Both the position numbers and the translations under genes were made by a program. A stretch of DNA of 49,846 nucleotides, from positions 11,579-61,424 of the forward strand of contig MQRK01229401.1 in NCBI GenBank assembly GCA_001938485.1. The letters run 5' to 3'. Origin of the DNA: Girardia tigrina (taxonomy: Eukaryota). This document shows, piece by piece, positions 1 to 11,808 of the stretch. Below the pieces are notes generated by a model that saw only the letters and a list, made by a program, of their open reading frames with translations, was not told the DNA's origin and ran no database searches. Each line of letters begins with the position of its first letter. Positions within the stretch are counted from its first letter, which is position 1.

Positions 1-31
<31 letters not shown>
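1..31. repeat. (TA)n microsatellite; further (TA)n tracts at ~4301-4317, 13523-13557, 15722-15757, 18301-18331, 34198-34307 (partly N), 34484-34513, 37350-37378
   Basis: Pure AT dinucleotide runs read directly. Confidence 0.95.
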
Positions 32-33
<2 letters not shown>

Positions 34-39
34 AATAAT

Positions 40-2060
40 TATAACAGCAAATCGGCTCCTTCTCTCGTATCGCGGCCCACTAGAAGGTCCCCAGCAGTTG
101 GGAAAAGGCCATTAGCCTGAAAAATTATCGGATTAATTGTGTACGAACCTGAAAATTAACAAAATAGCTTACCGAGCTTCCCAGTGGTCGAAATCGAACA
201 ACAAAAGCCCTCCGTGTAGGTCATGTTAAGGACTATCCTAGACGTGGAGCCGTTCCACCATCGAACCTTCGGGCGAGGAGTTATAATCCCTTAAAAGAAA
301 TACAAGAAATTAAATTAATTATAAAGGTTAAATTAAAAACTTACGTGAGTCAACATTAGAATTGTTAGTCACCGGATAATCCTGAATCACCATGAATCAT
401 AAGTATGAAGGTAACCTGGCCAAACACGATTTTCTCTGACAAACATAAACACACACTAGCTATCGCGACCAGAGGTCTGTGCGGTGTGTAAGTCCAGAAT
501 GAAGAATACAGGTTATGTGAGTAATCAACCCACACTAATCAGCAGAGAAAATCTGAGCTGTCCAGTAATGATTGGTTCAGCCACGAAGAATGGAAAAATA
601 GCTACAGTATAAATAGTGTAGCGATTTCACTAGGTAATAACAATTTTTGACACACATTTTTTGAGACACAAAAATTTTAAGAAGCAAAATTTTCACCAGA
701 CAGTGTAACATACTTTGACACATTAGAACCAAACACAGGCCATTTTGAATTACGTACGAATCGATTCTATCAGAACTGATTCTAGCAATAGCAAATAACA
801 ACCCGAACGATTTGAAGAAAAAATAACTTGAAACCAAGGATCGAATGAAGTTAATTGCGAAACTTTCCTCCGGCGCCAGAGAATTAAATCGGATGTAAAT
901 TTTATTCTTATATTGTATAATAAAATCGGTTTAATAAATGTATAAAATTATATCAACGTTTTCTATTTTATTATATTAGTAAACCAATTTCTAACCTCTT
1001 TAGCTTTTAGTAGATAGAGTAAGTTCGTCGTCGCCGCAATCGTCGTCCACCTAGAAAATGTCACAAGAGAATTATAATTCCAAAAAGAACGACCTCGAGA
1101 TCGTATGTAACTCGAGATTGAATGTAGATGATTAGAATCTCGTTGAGGAACAGGATAAGCTCCCGATTATCACCGACGTAAGGTCAGTACAGTTGAGCTA
1201 CGTACCGGGGACGATCGCATTATGCTTTGATGAACCGGTGTGGCTCTTGAATGATGATAAGCTTGTTGATGCAGCCGATCAATAAATCCAATCAATTCTA
1301 CTCAATCGTAGCATAACCACTCAGAAAACACGTCACGACTGGATGAACCAATGACCTTAGAATGTGTTTAATAACAATATATTTATCAATAAATTGCTTT
1401 ATTTATATAAGTATGAATGATGCTGACCGAAACTGATTATTAAGGAAAGCGTGACGAAAATGTTAATATATAAATTGATATATAGAACGATGCGACTAGA
1501 CCTGTCATGGATTGATAGGATTGATGTGAGTTAAACCGATGCGTAATTAGTATGTGATTTAAAAATCGGTTGATATTATTCTGTTGTTGATAAGTCTAGT
1601 ATATTGATACAATATGAAATTTTAGTGACAGTATAGGTAGATAATGTAAATTTATGAACACAATGTCGACACGAGATAATTGATAAATTGGTTAATAAGT
1701 CGATATAAGGTGAAGTGATAAATCGACCTAAAGAAATGGATTGATGTGAGGTAAGGTGCTACTTATATAAAGATGCATAATTTATATGGATTTGTTAGAC
1801 ACACGATGTCAAAAGTTTAACAGGATTTAACAGTGCCGCAAGTCTCAAAATCGACATAAAGACAAAGAATAGAGTCATGAGCAACGCATTCGTCGAGAGA
1901 TCCCTTAACTATTACACGACAGTGCCACAAGTCATATTACACAACATTGCCGTAAATTCAATACAACATGACACAGTGCCGTAAGTTATAAACCACCACG
2001 ACAGTGCAGCAAGTTTTCCCATATTACATACTGAACACAAACATGATTAATAAGTTGCCA
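40..2060. other. Copy 1 of an unidentified ~2-kb dispersed module (minus-strand spliced mini-gene remnant, plus-strand ORF remnant, CAGTGCC repeats)
   Basis: Minus-strand GT-AG introns 290-344 and 117-172 around a 117-bp exon; plus ORF from 1058 (MSQENYNSKKNDLEIV...LPIITDVRSVQLS) with in-frame stops; collinear with 47730-49846. Confidence 0.5.
1829..2016 (+). repeat. Cluster of 4-5 direct repeats ACAGTGCC(G/A)(C/T)AAGT
   Basis: Copies near 1830, 1919, 1942 (degenerate), 1973, 2001 (degenerate); same motif at 49781. Confidence 0.75.
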
Positions 2061-2610
2061 AGGAATATACAAATGCATGTTTTAAATCATCCCCGAGCGA
2101 CACTAAGCTAGGTTGGAGGCCCATAGCCTATCCCGTCTTTAACTGAACCCGAAGGCCCCTTGAGCTTGGTACTGCTAGGCAGATGCCAGACAAGAAAGGA
2201 GGCGTCCGACCCTACATATAATGTCATTAAAATCAGAATACAATTACAGTGGGTTGTGGTTGACCCTTAACAATCACTGGGGGCTCATGAGCTTTTAAAA
2301 ATGTTTCAACTCAGAAGGGTCGTGACAGATTGGTGAAAATTGGCTTTGTTATGATTCAAATACAATAAAAAACAATAACTATTTTCTTCTTATTTTTATT
2401 TTTTGTATAATTTTTCTTCTTGATATTATTAAAAATATCTAAGCAGAAAAATAAAAATATCTGGTAAAAATAATTATGCAAATCTTTTTTGTGGTCTCAA
2501 TCGTGCAAAAAATTCAATTAATTGTGATTATGTTTATTATTAGAGTTTATTTAAAATACTTACTAATGACTGAAATGTCTCAGTAACTATTTGATTTTTC
2601 AAAAATTTAA

Positions 2611-2810
2611 TAAAATTTTTTATTTTCTAAAATTTACTTGAATTTAATAATTTTTTTAACATTTTATTTGAATTTAACAATTTTTCTAAAATTTTACTTG
2701 AATTTATACATTTTTCTAAATTTTATTTGAATTTTTCTAATATTTACTTAAATTTAATAATTTTTTTTTAATTTTAATTGAATTTATAAATATTTCTAAA
2801 ATTTACTAGT
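2611..2810. repeat. AT-rich minisatellite, ~30-bp unit (aatttaataatttttctaaaattttacttg), about 6-7 degenerate copies
   Basis: Period-30 recurrence visible at 2641, 2671, 2701, 2751, 2781. Confidence 0.75.
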
Positions 2811-3370
2811 AGTTTTCATTTTTATAAATTTTATTTGAATTTCAATAATTATGGTCTCATTTTACATAGTCTCTTTTTTCCTTGGTCTCCTTTATCCTGG
2901 TTTCTTTTTTCCGCGAATCAATTAAGGTATAAGCAAGTCTCTCTTCACTTTGTTAAAAGTATTTTACTCGCTATGGCGTTACTTCATTACGAAATCAGCA
3001 TTTTAATGCATATAATGTGGAACAATTTCAGTAATTGTTTTTCTGAAGATGGCGGACATTCTGTGATGACGAATATTAATGAAACAACGAATTCATTAAA
3101 ATCTGAAAGTGAATTTTGCTAGAGAGTTTTTCACCAAAGGTGGGCAAAAGTGTTGATCAAAATATAAATTTATCCGGTTTAGGATTCTTCTCTTTTAATT
3201 TTCTGTATATTAGCACAAACATTACACCAAAATATTTTACATTAATAAATTTTTAAATTTTAAATAGGGTTTTTAATTTCAGTGGAAAATATTTGTTAGA
3301 ATTTTTAAATAAAATTGGGTTGTATCTCTTTATTATATTCTCAACAAATGTTTTCATATATGAAATGTTG

Positions 3371-3823
3371 CTAAATTTGATGTGGTTTTAAATGAATATG
3401 ATAAACTTTCGAACTCGATTTCAAACATTTTTCTGAAAGGATCTTCAAAACGATCGGAATCAAAAGTAACAGAAGAAAACCTAAGTATAATATCATAGTA
3501 ATCAGATATTAACTAATTATTACCAATAAATGAAATTAATATTGCCCAACACCAATTTTTGCCGTTTTTTGTAATTTTTGGAGGAGACAAGAATTGGCAT
3601 TCTAATTAAAGTTTTTTGTATTAAATTTTTACAAATATTTTTTACTTGGATCCGAAATTCTGTGGCAATACGTCAAGATTGGATCACCGCATGAATCCCA
3701 GTTAGCGATGTCGGAACAGGAATAGTCGGCCCATGAAGCATCTGCGTACGTATAGGAACAAAATTCATTTGCGTCCGAATGATTTGGTTCATATTTGGCC
3801 CACCGGGAATAATTAAATTTTAT
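3371..3823 (-). CDS. 3' exons of a type-I membrane C-type lectin (exons 3823-3646, 3601-3524, 3480-3371)
   Basis: Spliced translation IKFNYSRWAKYEPNHSDANEFCSYTYADASWADYSC...YCHRISDP-KCQFLSPPKITKNGKNWCWAILISFI-GFLLLLLIPIVLKILSEKCLKSSSKVYHIHLKPHQI*; EPN and W-x-D-x-x-C CTLD motifs, hydrophobic TM, phase-compatible 44- and 43-bp GT-AG introns. Confidence 0.8.
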
Positions 3824-4752
3824 CTAAAATTCAGTTAGTTTTTTTAAAGATTTTTGTTTTACATTTTTACAAATACCTGTATTAAAAAATAGAACTTTTT
3901 CTCGTGGTTCAAAAAATAATTTAATCTCATTCAGTTTCAAAAATTATTTAAAATTATACATTCAAAATAAAAATATTATAGAGAACGTACAAATTTAAAT
4001 GTACAAATATCAAATTAAAAAAAACATTTTATAGCCCCAAGAAAGAAAGGATATTATTTTTGTCGATAATACTCGAGGCAACTTAAACGCGGTTTCAAAA
4101 AATTGCTATTAAGTTTTTATAATAATTTTAATTTTTTCACTAATTATATCATATTATGAAATTTTTTTAAAATAATGATATATTTTTATAATGATATAAA
4201 TATACTGCTGTCTGACATCTTATATTTATTTATACTAAAACTCATATATTCATATATTTAAATACATAGCTTTTTCCATTATTTTTACTACCTTACTTTC
4301 TATATATATATATATATGGAATTTACAAACCTATTTTTGAAGGCTTTTCATTTTCGATGAAAATAAAGGATAAAGTGAAACTTTGATCAAAAAAACGTTT
4401 AAGGTCCCAAAATATATCAGTACAATATCAATAGAAAAATTTTACTTATAAATTATAAGTAGTTTATATTACGCAAAAAAATAAAAAATAAAAAAGTAAA
4501 TGTAGTAGTCATTTTCCATTTTACAAAAGATAACAAAAGATTATCCTCGCCAAATTGAGTTCTGTCAGCATAAAGAATGGATATAACAATTTTTTTGATT
4601 TACTATTTAAATGAATTAAAATTGATGTTTCAAATATTTATTTTTATATAAAAGAACGTTTAAAAAATTTTTTAAAAGATTTAACCATTTTTTTAAATTG
4701 AATGTCAGGTGTCAAAATTTAAGGTTTAGTATTACGATTTAAGTTATAAATA

Positions 4753-5956
4753 TTAGGTGTATAACTTAGTTTTTTGGATTTTTTTGCAGTACAGACAAGT
4801 TTATTTATATGACATAATAAGTTTTATTCTAATCAAAATATTTTCCATCGTTAATTATGACTTTCGACCATCTTTCAAGCAAATTATGAATTCCATCGAA
4901 AAAAAAGTTTTGATCTTTTGATGCGATCCATTGTTCCAGCCATTTTTTATATGTTCCTGGTTTCTGAAGTGCTGGTCCCGGAGAGCGCTTTGCATTGATC
5001 GGAACAGATGATAATCTGATGGGGTACAATCTGGTGAATAGGCAGCATGCGGTAGAATTTCCCACTTAAGTGCTTCCAACGTGTTTTTTACTTGTTTTGC
5101 GACATGTGGCCGAGCATTGTCATGGAGCAAAATCACTGTGCGCTGTTTGTTGGCTGGAATAGGACGTTTTTCCTTCAATGCATCNNNNNNNNNNNNNNNN
5201 NNNNNNNNNNNNNNNNNNNNNNNNNNNNNNNNNNNNNNNNNNNNNNNNNNNNNNNNNNNNNNNNNNNNNNNNNNNNNNNNNNNNNNNNNNNNNNNNNNNN
5301 NNNNNNNNNNNNNNNNNNNNNNNNNNNNNNNNNNNNNNNNNNNNNNNNNNNNNNNNNNNNNNNNNNNNNNNNNNNNNNNNNNNNNNNNNNNNNNNNNNNN
5401 NNNNNNNNNNNNNNNNNNNNNNNNNNNNNNNNNNNNNNNNNNNNNNNNNNNNNNNNNNNNNNNNNNNNNNNNNNNNNNNNNNNNNNNNNNNNNNNNNNNN
5501 NNNNNNNNNNNNNNNNNNNNNNNNNNNNNNNNNNNNNNNNNNNNNNNNNNNNNNNNNNNNNNNNNNNNNNNNNNNNNNNNNNNNNNNNNNNNNNNNNNNN
5601 NNNNNNNNNNNNNNNNNNNNNNNNNNNNNNNNNNNNNNNNNNNNNNNNNNNNNNNNNNNNNNNNNNNNNNNNNNNNNNNNNNNNNNNNNNNNNNNNNNNN
5701 NNNGTCTGCAGCTTTTTTCTTTTGATTAAAGCAAAACAGTAGTGCTTCCCGCAAATGCTGTTTTGTTAGTATGAAAGTTGTCATGCTAAAACGTGATTAA
5801 AAATATGTTTATGACGCATTTAGGGTCAATGACCTCCTTAATTTTAATGCCTCGATTTCAGCACTTTAAAATCTGTAAGTAGGACTGTAAAATAATGCTT
5901 ATTACAAAGGTTACACCATCTCTTGGAAAATCAAAAAAACTAAGTTATACACCTAA
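4753..5956 (-). mobile_element. Mariner transposon, Mos1/mauritiana-like, with both TIRs and TA target duplication
   Basis: TIR TTAGGTGTATAACTTAGTTTTT at 4753 and its reverse complement ending at 5956; TA at 4751-52 and 5957-58; centre is an N gap. Confidence 0.92.
4829..5784 (-). pseudogene. Mariner DD34D transposase with a frameshift near 4945
   Basis: MTTFILTKQHLREALLFCFNQKKKAA, LLHDNARPH and HAAYSPDCTPSDYHLFRSM in one frame; WLEQWIASKDQNFFFDGIHNLLERWSKVIINDGKYFD* in another. Confidence 0.88.
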
Positions 5957-6969
5957 TAATTCCATCACGAATTGATAGAAATTACAGAAAAATCATTATC
6001 GTTTATAGTGATAATTTGACAATAAAAAATTATTGATAAAAAAAATTTAAAAACAATCATTAAATCGGAAAATCATCAGGAATTTATCAAAAAAACAAAA
6101 ACGAAATAACTAGGGCACAAGTTTCCGATTCGATCGCCAACAAAAAAAATAATAAATTATAAATATTCAAGAACCAAACATTTACCGATTCGGTTCCAGT
6201 TATTCTTGACCAAAGATTCTCAAAAGAGATTAGTTTAATCCTCACAAGTTAACGAAATAATCTCGAGATTAGCAATAAAAGCAGATTAGATAACAATGGA
6301 TAATATCTCCTAATTTAAATTCGGTTGCAGATTCATTCAACAAAAGACTTTACTGTATACTATGTATTTCTGCACAAGACTACGAACCTTACTAGTTAGT
6401 ATAATTCGCAGTAATGTTATCGTCCTTGTAATCTCTTCCTTTTACCATGATCGTAAGATTTATTTCATTTTATTCCTTAATTTTATATTTTATATAATAA
6501 ATTTCTTTTAAAAAAACAATTTTGTTAACTTTATTTACATATTGATAATAGCGAGTAGGATTCGAAAACCCATAAATTGATATTTTAACCCTCTTACAAT
6601 TTCCTTACATTATTATATTATAAAAATTATTAAATTTAATAAAATATTATAAAAAACCGAAATAGGATCGGATAACCAGTAGTAAACCGAATTGTCATTC
6701 TTCTTCAAGCCCAACCAAGTTCTTTGAGTGAGGGCGAGTTCTAAATGAAAAAGATACTTTTTACTTACTATTTTATAATAATACATTATTGTTGCATGTA
6801 AATGTCTTTTTAAAACGTTTAAGTAATCATTAGAAATAATTTATAGTTAAACTTCAATATTAAAATCATCTGATTATAATTATTATAACTGGTGCTATAA
6901 AAAACCTCATCGGCTAACTCAGAAAAGCGCAATAAAACATATATTTTTAAACTAAAATTTATAAAAGTT

Positions 6970-7830
6970 TTTTTAATGTATGAACGATTACAATCATCAT
7001 ATTTTAAAAACATTTTTGAAGTTCAATAAATATAGACGGGAAATTTTCATCAGGTAGTGCATTATAATATATTTCCAGACTGCTCTTCATTTCATCTTCT
7101 GAGCTTAAATGAGTTCAACAAAGCAATTTTTTCATAGTTGAATAAATAAAAATCTGTCACAGCAAGACCTTGGTGGTAAGATGAATGCCACACATCCACC
7201 ATACCCTGTTGTTCCAATTAATCTTCGACTTAACGGCCTACATAAATACGGGAATTACCCTGCAATAATTAATGTTGTAATCGACTAGGTTTCATTAGTT
7301 CCTTCCAAACTTTTCAAAACAGTTCCATGTTGTATGCTAAGTTGGTATCCACTTCCCGATTTGGAAAATCTATCAGTACTTTTCCTTAGAAATCTAAAAG
7401 AAATTGTTAGCATGAAACAATGTAGATGTGTCAGACTAGTCTTCAGTTTTCGATTTAAGGTTTCATTTGGAAACTTCCACTCTTCAATTTCCATTTTCAT
7501 TTGGACAAGTATAATTATAAAAATTTTGCACTTTCAGTAAGAATGTTTTTTTAAATATACATCTCCATATTGCTGCAACACATTGAGACTTTGTTAGAAA
7601 GATTGACCTTGAGTATTCATCAATGCAAATGGATGCGTTTGAGTGGCAAGTTTTAATGAAGGAGCTTATCCAAATAAGAAAGCGTGATTCCTAGATGTGA
7701 TCACTATTTCGATGATCGACATTTTATCGCACTTTTTGGACAGTGTAGAATTTTCCTGTTAGAAATCGATTGATTGTTGCTGTTAGATGTGTTTGGAACA
7801 TCTCCAACATTATTCACATTTAAAAGAACA
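6970..7830 (-). mobile_element. Highly degenerate mariner transposase remnant
   Basis: Minus-strand pieces GNSRIYVG..., WHSSYHQGLAVTDFYLF (HPPYSPDLAPSDFYLF-like), SEDEMKSSLEIYYNALPDENF; many stops and frameshifts. Confidence 0.65.
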
Positions 7831-8289
7831 TCAATTTTCAAGTTTTTATTAATCCAAAAAAATGTTCTAATAATCTTTATTTAAACAAATTTAATCGAAA
7901 TTATATTCATTCTTTTTAACTTTGTGAAACTATTTGTTTTGTGAATCTCAAGTCGCTATAATAAAAACAGATATAGTATTAATAATTCATTTAACTTTTC
8001 TTTAATTTCCGACGATTAAATAATTTCATTTTCTTTTAATAAACCTCTGAAATTTTATCATACTTAATATAAACTTTATTTAGTTCTTGATTTTTTTTAA
8101 ATTTATGATTCTATTTTTACTTCAAAATTTTTAAAATATTTTCTTAAAATTCCTAACAGTCGCTAAAGAACAATCGAGTGACATGTTGTTCATTTTCACA
8201 TTTCTTTAAAGAATGTCTCAGAAATATTCACCAAGAAGTTTAAAAAAGCGTCTAAATGATTATCTGTTATGACATATTTCCTATGATTA

Positions 8290-8760
8290 TGATTAGATAA
8301 ATGTAATGCCTGGGCAATTTCGCGAGTTGTTATTCGCTGGTTTGAATCAATTAACGCCTTTATTATGTCTTCGTCGGCCTCAATGGGCCTTCCGGAACGT
8401 GAAGAATCTTCAACACCAAAATTTCCGCATCTAAATTTTTTAAACCAGTTTTGGCATTGGCTTTCTGTCAACACATCTTCTCCATACACTTCGCATAATT
8501 TTCTTCTTGCTTGTACAGCATTTTTACCTTTTCGAAGTAAAAAAAGTAATACATGCCGTAAATGCTGATTCTTGCTTTCCATCTTTGATAGGTCAAAAAT
8601 AAAATATAAATGTTTTTAATTATTCCAAAATTTTCCAAATCTAACTTTGATTACCAACTGTTAAAATAAATAATATAGTCAATGATTATTAATGATTATT
8701 AATATAAAAAATACATTTAAAACAAGTATTAAAAAAAAAATGACTTTCAGAACAACCGAA
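8290..8760 (-). mobile_element. 5' fragment of a mellifera-subfamily-like mariner (TIR plus N-terminal HTH domains), truncated
   Basis: ORF 8582: MESKNQHLRHVLLFLLRKGKNAVQARRKLCEVYGEDVLTESQCQNWFKKFRCGNF...RSGRP...TTREIA; TIR-like TTCGGTTGTTCTGAAAGTCATT next to TA at 8761-62. Confidence 0.85.
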
Positions 8761-10220
8761 TAGTAATATAATTGATATGGCCTTCATTGAATGTCATTGT
8801 TGGAAGTATTTATGCTATTTTCTTTATTTAACATTTGAGAGTCAAAATTCTTCTTTATTACAAAAGTTTATTAATGAAAATAAGACATATATTTAAACAA
8901 ATTTCTCTTTAATTTAATAATTTTACCAAAATCCATTTATTAAATTTTCTTTAACTTTAATTTATAAATTTAAATTATAATTTATAAATTATAATATTTT
9001 TTTAAATTCATTTTATTTATAAATTTTAAAATTATTAAATTGAATTTATAATAAACTTTTTATTTTCAAAATAATTTCGTAAAAATATTAAAAAATTTTC
9101 AGCCTTTATTATTTATTTTAAAATTCTTATTTTAAATCTTTTTTATTTATAATTTTCTTATTAGAGTATATCCATCATAATTAATGCAAACGTTTTTGTT
9201 TTTTGCATAATTATTTAATTTATTTTGGTTTTTTTAGAAATTCATTTTTAACTTTTTTCAAACTTTTATAAACTTTATATATTTTTAATATTATATTTAT
9301 ATAAAAATTCATAAATTATTTGGGGAATCGACATTTTTAGCTTACTCATCATAGTCCTATTTCATTTATTGTCATTTATACTAATCATATTCCGGATAGT
9401 CACTAATATTTGCAGGGTTATACAAAATCATAAAAAAATGTTTATATAGACAGTCAAATATAATAAATATATATTAATAAAGAATAATAAAAAGAAATTC
9501 AACTTATTTAAAATCTTTATTAATTACATTTAGTATTTTGTAAAACCTCCATCGCAAATAATTGCTATCGTCAATATGGGCTTATATAATTAAATTGTCA
9601 TTTGACTTCAGGAATTAAAACAATTATTTTTTGTAAATTATAGGATAAATCTAGGAAAAAGATTTTCAGAAGATTTTTTTAACAGCATTTTATTTCAAAG
9701 ATTAAAATTGATTTTAAAAGAAATTTTCTGAAAAGTTATTTTTCTACTAATTTAATCACATTACTTTGATTGTATTTAAGCAAAACCTTATTTTTCATTA
9801 AAAGAAATATGGTCATCAATTTAAATATTATTTTTAGGACTTTATCAATGCATTCAAATTAAAAAAGTTTGACAGAAATAAAAATGACCGTAGTTTCATT
9901 ATAACCCTTTTTAATTATGCATTGTATTTCTATTTAAATTATGATTCTCTGAATGTTTTCCGACCATTCCTCGGTCATATAGACGCTTCTATCATTTTTA
10001 AGAAATTCACAATTTTTAATCAAATTAAAAAAAATTAAATTGCCAAAATTTATTGCGATTAATTTCGTAGGATCAACGGTCATCATCATGCGAAACTAGA
10101 TCAATATTTATAAACTGACTTTCAAATATCGAAGATTTTTTCCGTAATAATTTCATAATTATTAAAACCTCAGAATATTTTACTGAAAACGTCAGTTTAG
10201 ATTGTCAATTAATGAAATGG

Positions 10221-10252
10221 CTCGCTCTGATTGGTTGACCAATCAGAGCGAG
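10221..10252. repeat. 32-bp palindrome with two opposed CCAAT boxes; degenerate copies at 12864-12895 and 13733-13763 (dispersed repeat family)
   Basis: CTCGCTCTGATTGGT-TG-ACCAATCAGAGCGAG, perfect 15-bp arms. Confidence 0.8.
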
Positions 10253-11498
10253 TCTTGGGACAGACATATTTGGAAATCGTGAAACTTTTAATTTATCGGA
10301 AATTCTGAGTGAAATTTTGTCAAACCTTTTAATTGAAATTTTGTTGAGCATTTAATTTAAATTTTGTCCAAAATTTGATTGTATTTTTTGTCGAACGTTG
10401 AGAGATATTTATTGCTGAAAGTGAGTTGTTTAAGATTTTTATCGAATATCAATTTGCTTTTTGAAAGTCGTCAAACAGTAATTTTTTGTAATAATTTTGA
10501 ACGTTTGTTGCTGATTATTTGAAATTTTGTCAAACATTGATTTATTTAAAAAATGAATAGAACTAGTATTTTGAATTTTTATTACGAATATTACTGAATC
10601 AGATAACAAAATTAATATTTGACGAGTGAAAATTTAATCTCTAAAATAAAATGGGCCCAGCACGAACACAAATTTCTCGAATTTCAAATCCGACACTGCC
10701 ACTCTATTGGTACCACTGTCCGGTCTTCGGAGCAACCGGGAGATCAGTGAGACATTATGTTTCAATTATTCAACCTTAACTATGAAATATAAATATATTG
10801 TGGCATTAAAGAAAATCATAGACCTTTATTACCTTTCATCAATTACATTTATTAATAAATTTATATGATTAATTAAATAAAAAACAATATTTATAGATAG
10901 TTATAAATATAAAATTTTTAAAAATGAATAATTTTTATAAAATTATTGAATGTTTGATGATAAAACTTGTGAACGGATGAAAGAAACAATTTACAATTGT
11001 CTGCATGTCTGTATAAATGTTGAATAGAAGGACGAATATTTGAGAATCATTATTATTTTTATGATTAATCTAACCATTTTTAATATTTAAAAATACAACA
11101 AGAAGTTATACACCTATCTTGTTTAATTTATTATTAATTGGTTAAAATTTTTAATTTCTCTATATTTTGACAAAATTTCGGAAATGAATTATCATCTTCA
11201 TTATTGTTAAATAATGTTTTCTACTTAATTTGTATTTTTAATAATTTTTTAAAAATATTATCATAAGCTGGAAATAAAATACATTATTTTTTATTACCAC
11301 TCTGGGGATAACGTTAATTATAGCAAAAGAATACTAAGTCTTTCAGTATAATAAGTCTCTTTACAACCAGGAAAATATTGTAATTATAAAACTCTTTAAA
11401 AGTATTATTATTTTACCATAAATTTCAATCAATACGATCAGGTCATTAAAATATTATTTTTAAATATTTATTTACAAGAAATGTGACAATAAAATTAC

Positions 11499-11808
11499 CT
11501 TTAAATGCTTTGACAGACCAGTTATTATGAAGAATTGGTAAGGTTGCATTCATTTGCTTACAGGAATCATATGCTATTTCCCAAGTCACAAAAACCGAAG
11601 AGTGATTTTGGTAATAAATTCTATAGAAACAAGAATCTTTTTTTGTTTTATTAAAATCCGCCTTTGGTTTTCTTTCGAAGCCTGAAATGACCATGGTTTA
11701 TTAGGTAAAGTTAACAATAGAACTTTACAAACATTTCTTATAAAAGTTCCCATTGTAAATCATGTAAATAATTATTATAAAAGAAATGCGCAACAATGAT
11801 TTAGACAT
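11499..11808 (-). CDS. 5' exons of a C-type lectin-domain gene (exons 11808-11733, 11681-11499); downstream exons to ~10930 look degenerate
   Basis: MSKSLLRISFIIIIYMIYNGNFYKK-CFERKPKADFNKTKKDSCFYRIYYQNHSSVFVTWEIAYDSCKQMNATLPILHN: hydrophobic N-terminus, CTLD W-x-x-A-x-x-x-C...L motif, 51-bp phase-1 GT-AG intron. Confidence 0.65.

Noticed and set aside
1058-1354. In-frame TAG/TAA in an otherwise open frame ending in TGA, suggesting a ciliate-type genetic code
   Set aside because: The 313-aa USP ORFs contain no internal TAA/TAG, and the neuropeptide and lectin frames end on TAA/TAG; pseudogenisation is the simpler explanation
5081-5742. Long plus-strand ORFs in the ORF track
   Set aside because: Artefacts of reading through the N gap, antisense to the mariner transposase
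6280-6450. Minus-strand NYTN*...CAEI...LIC as a further C-type lectin exon
   Set aside because: Four stops in about 20 codons and no convincing splice sites
11103-11116. 14-bp match AAGTTATACACCTA to the mariner TIR
   Set aside because: Isolated, with no partner or internal sequence; plausible by chance in AT-rich DNA
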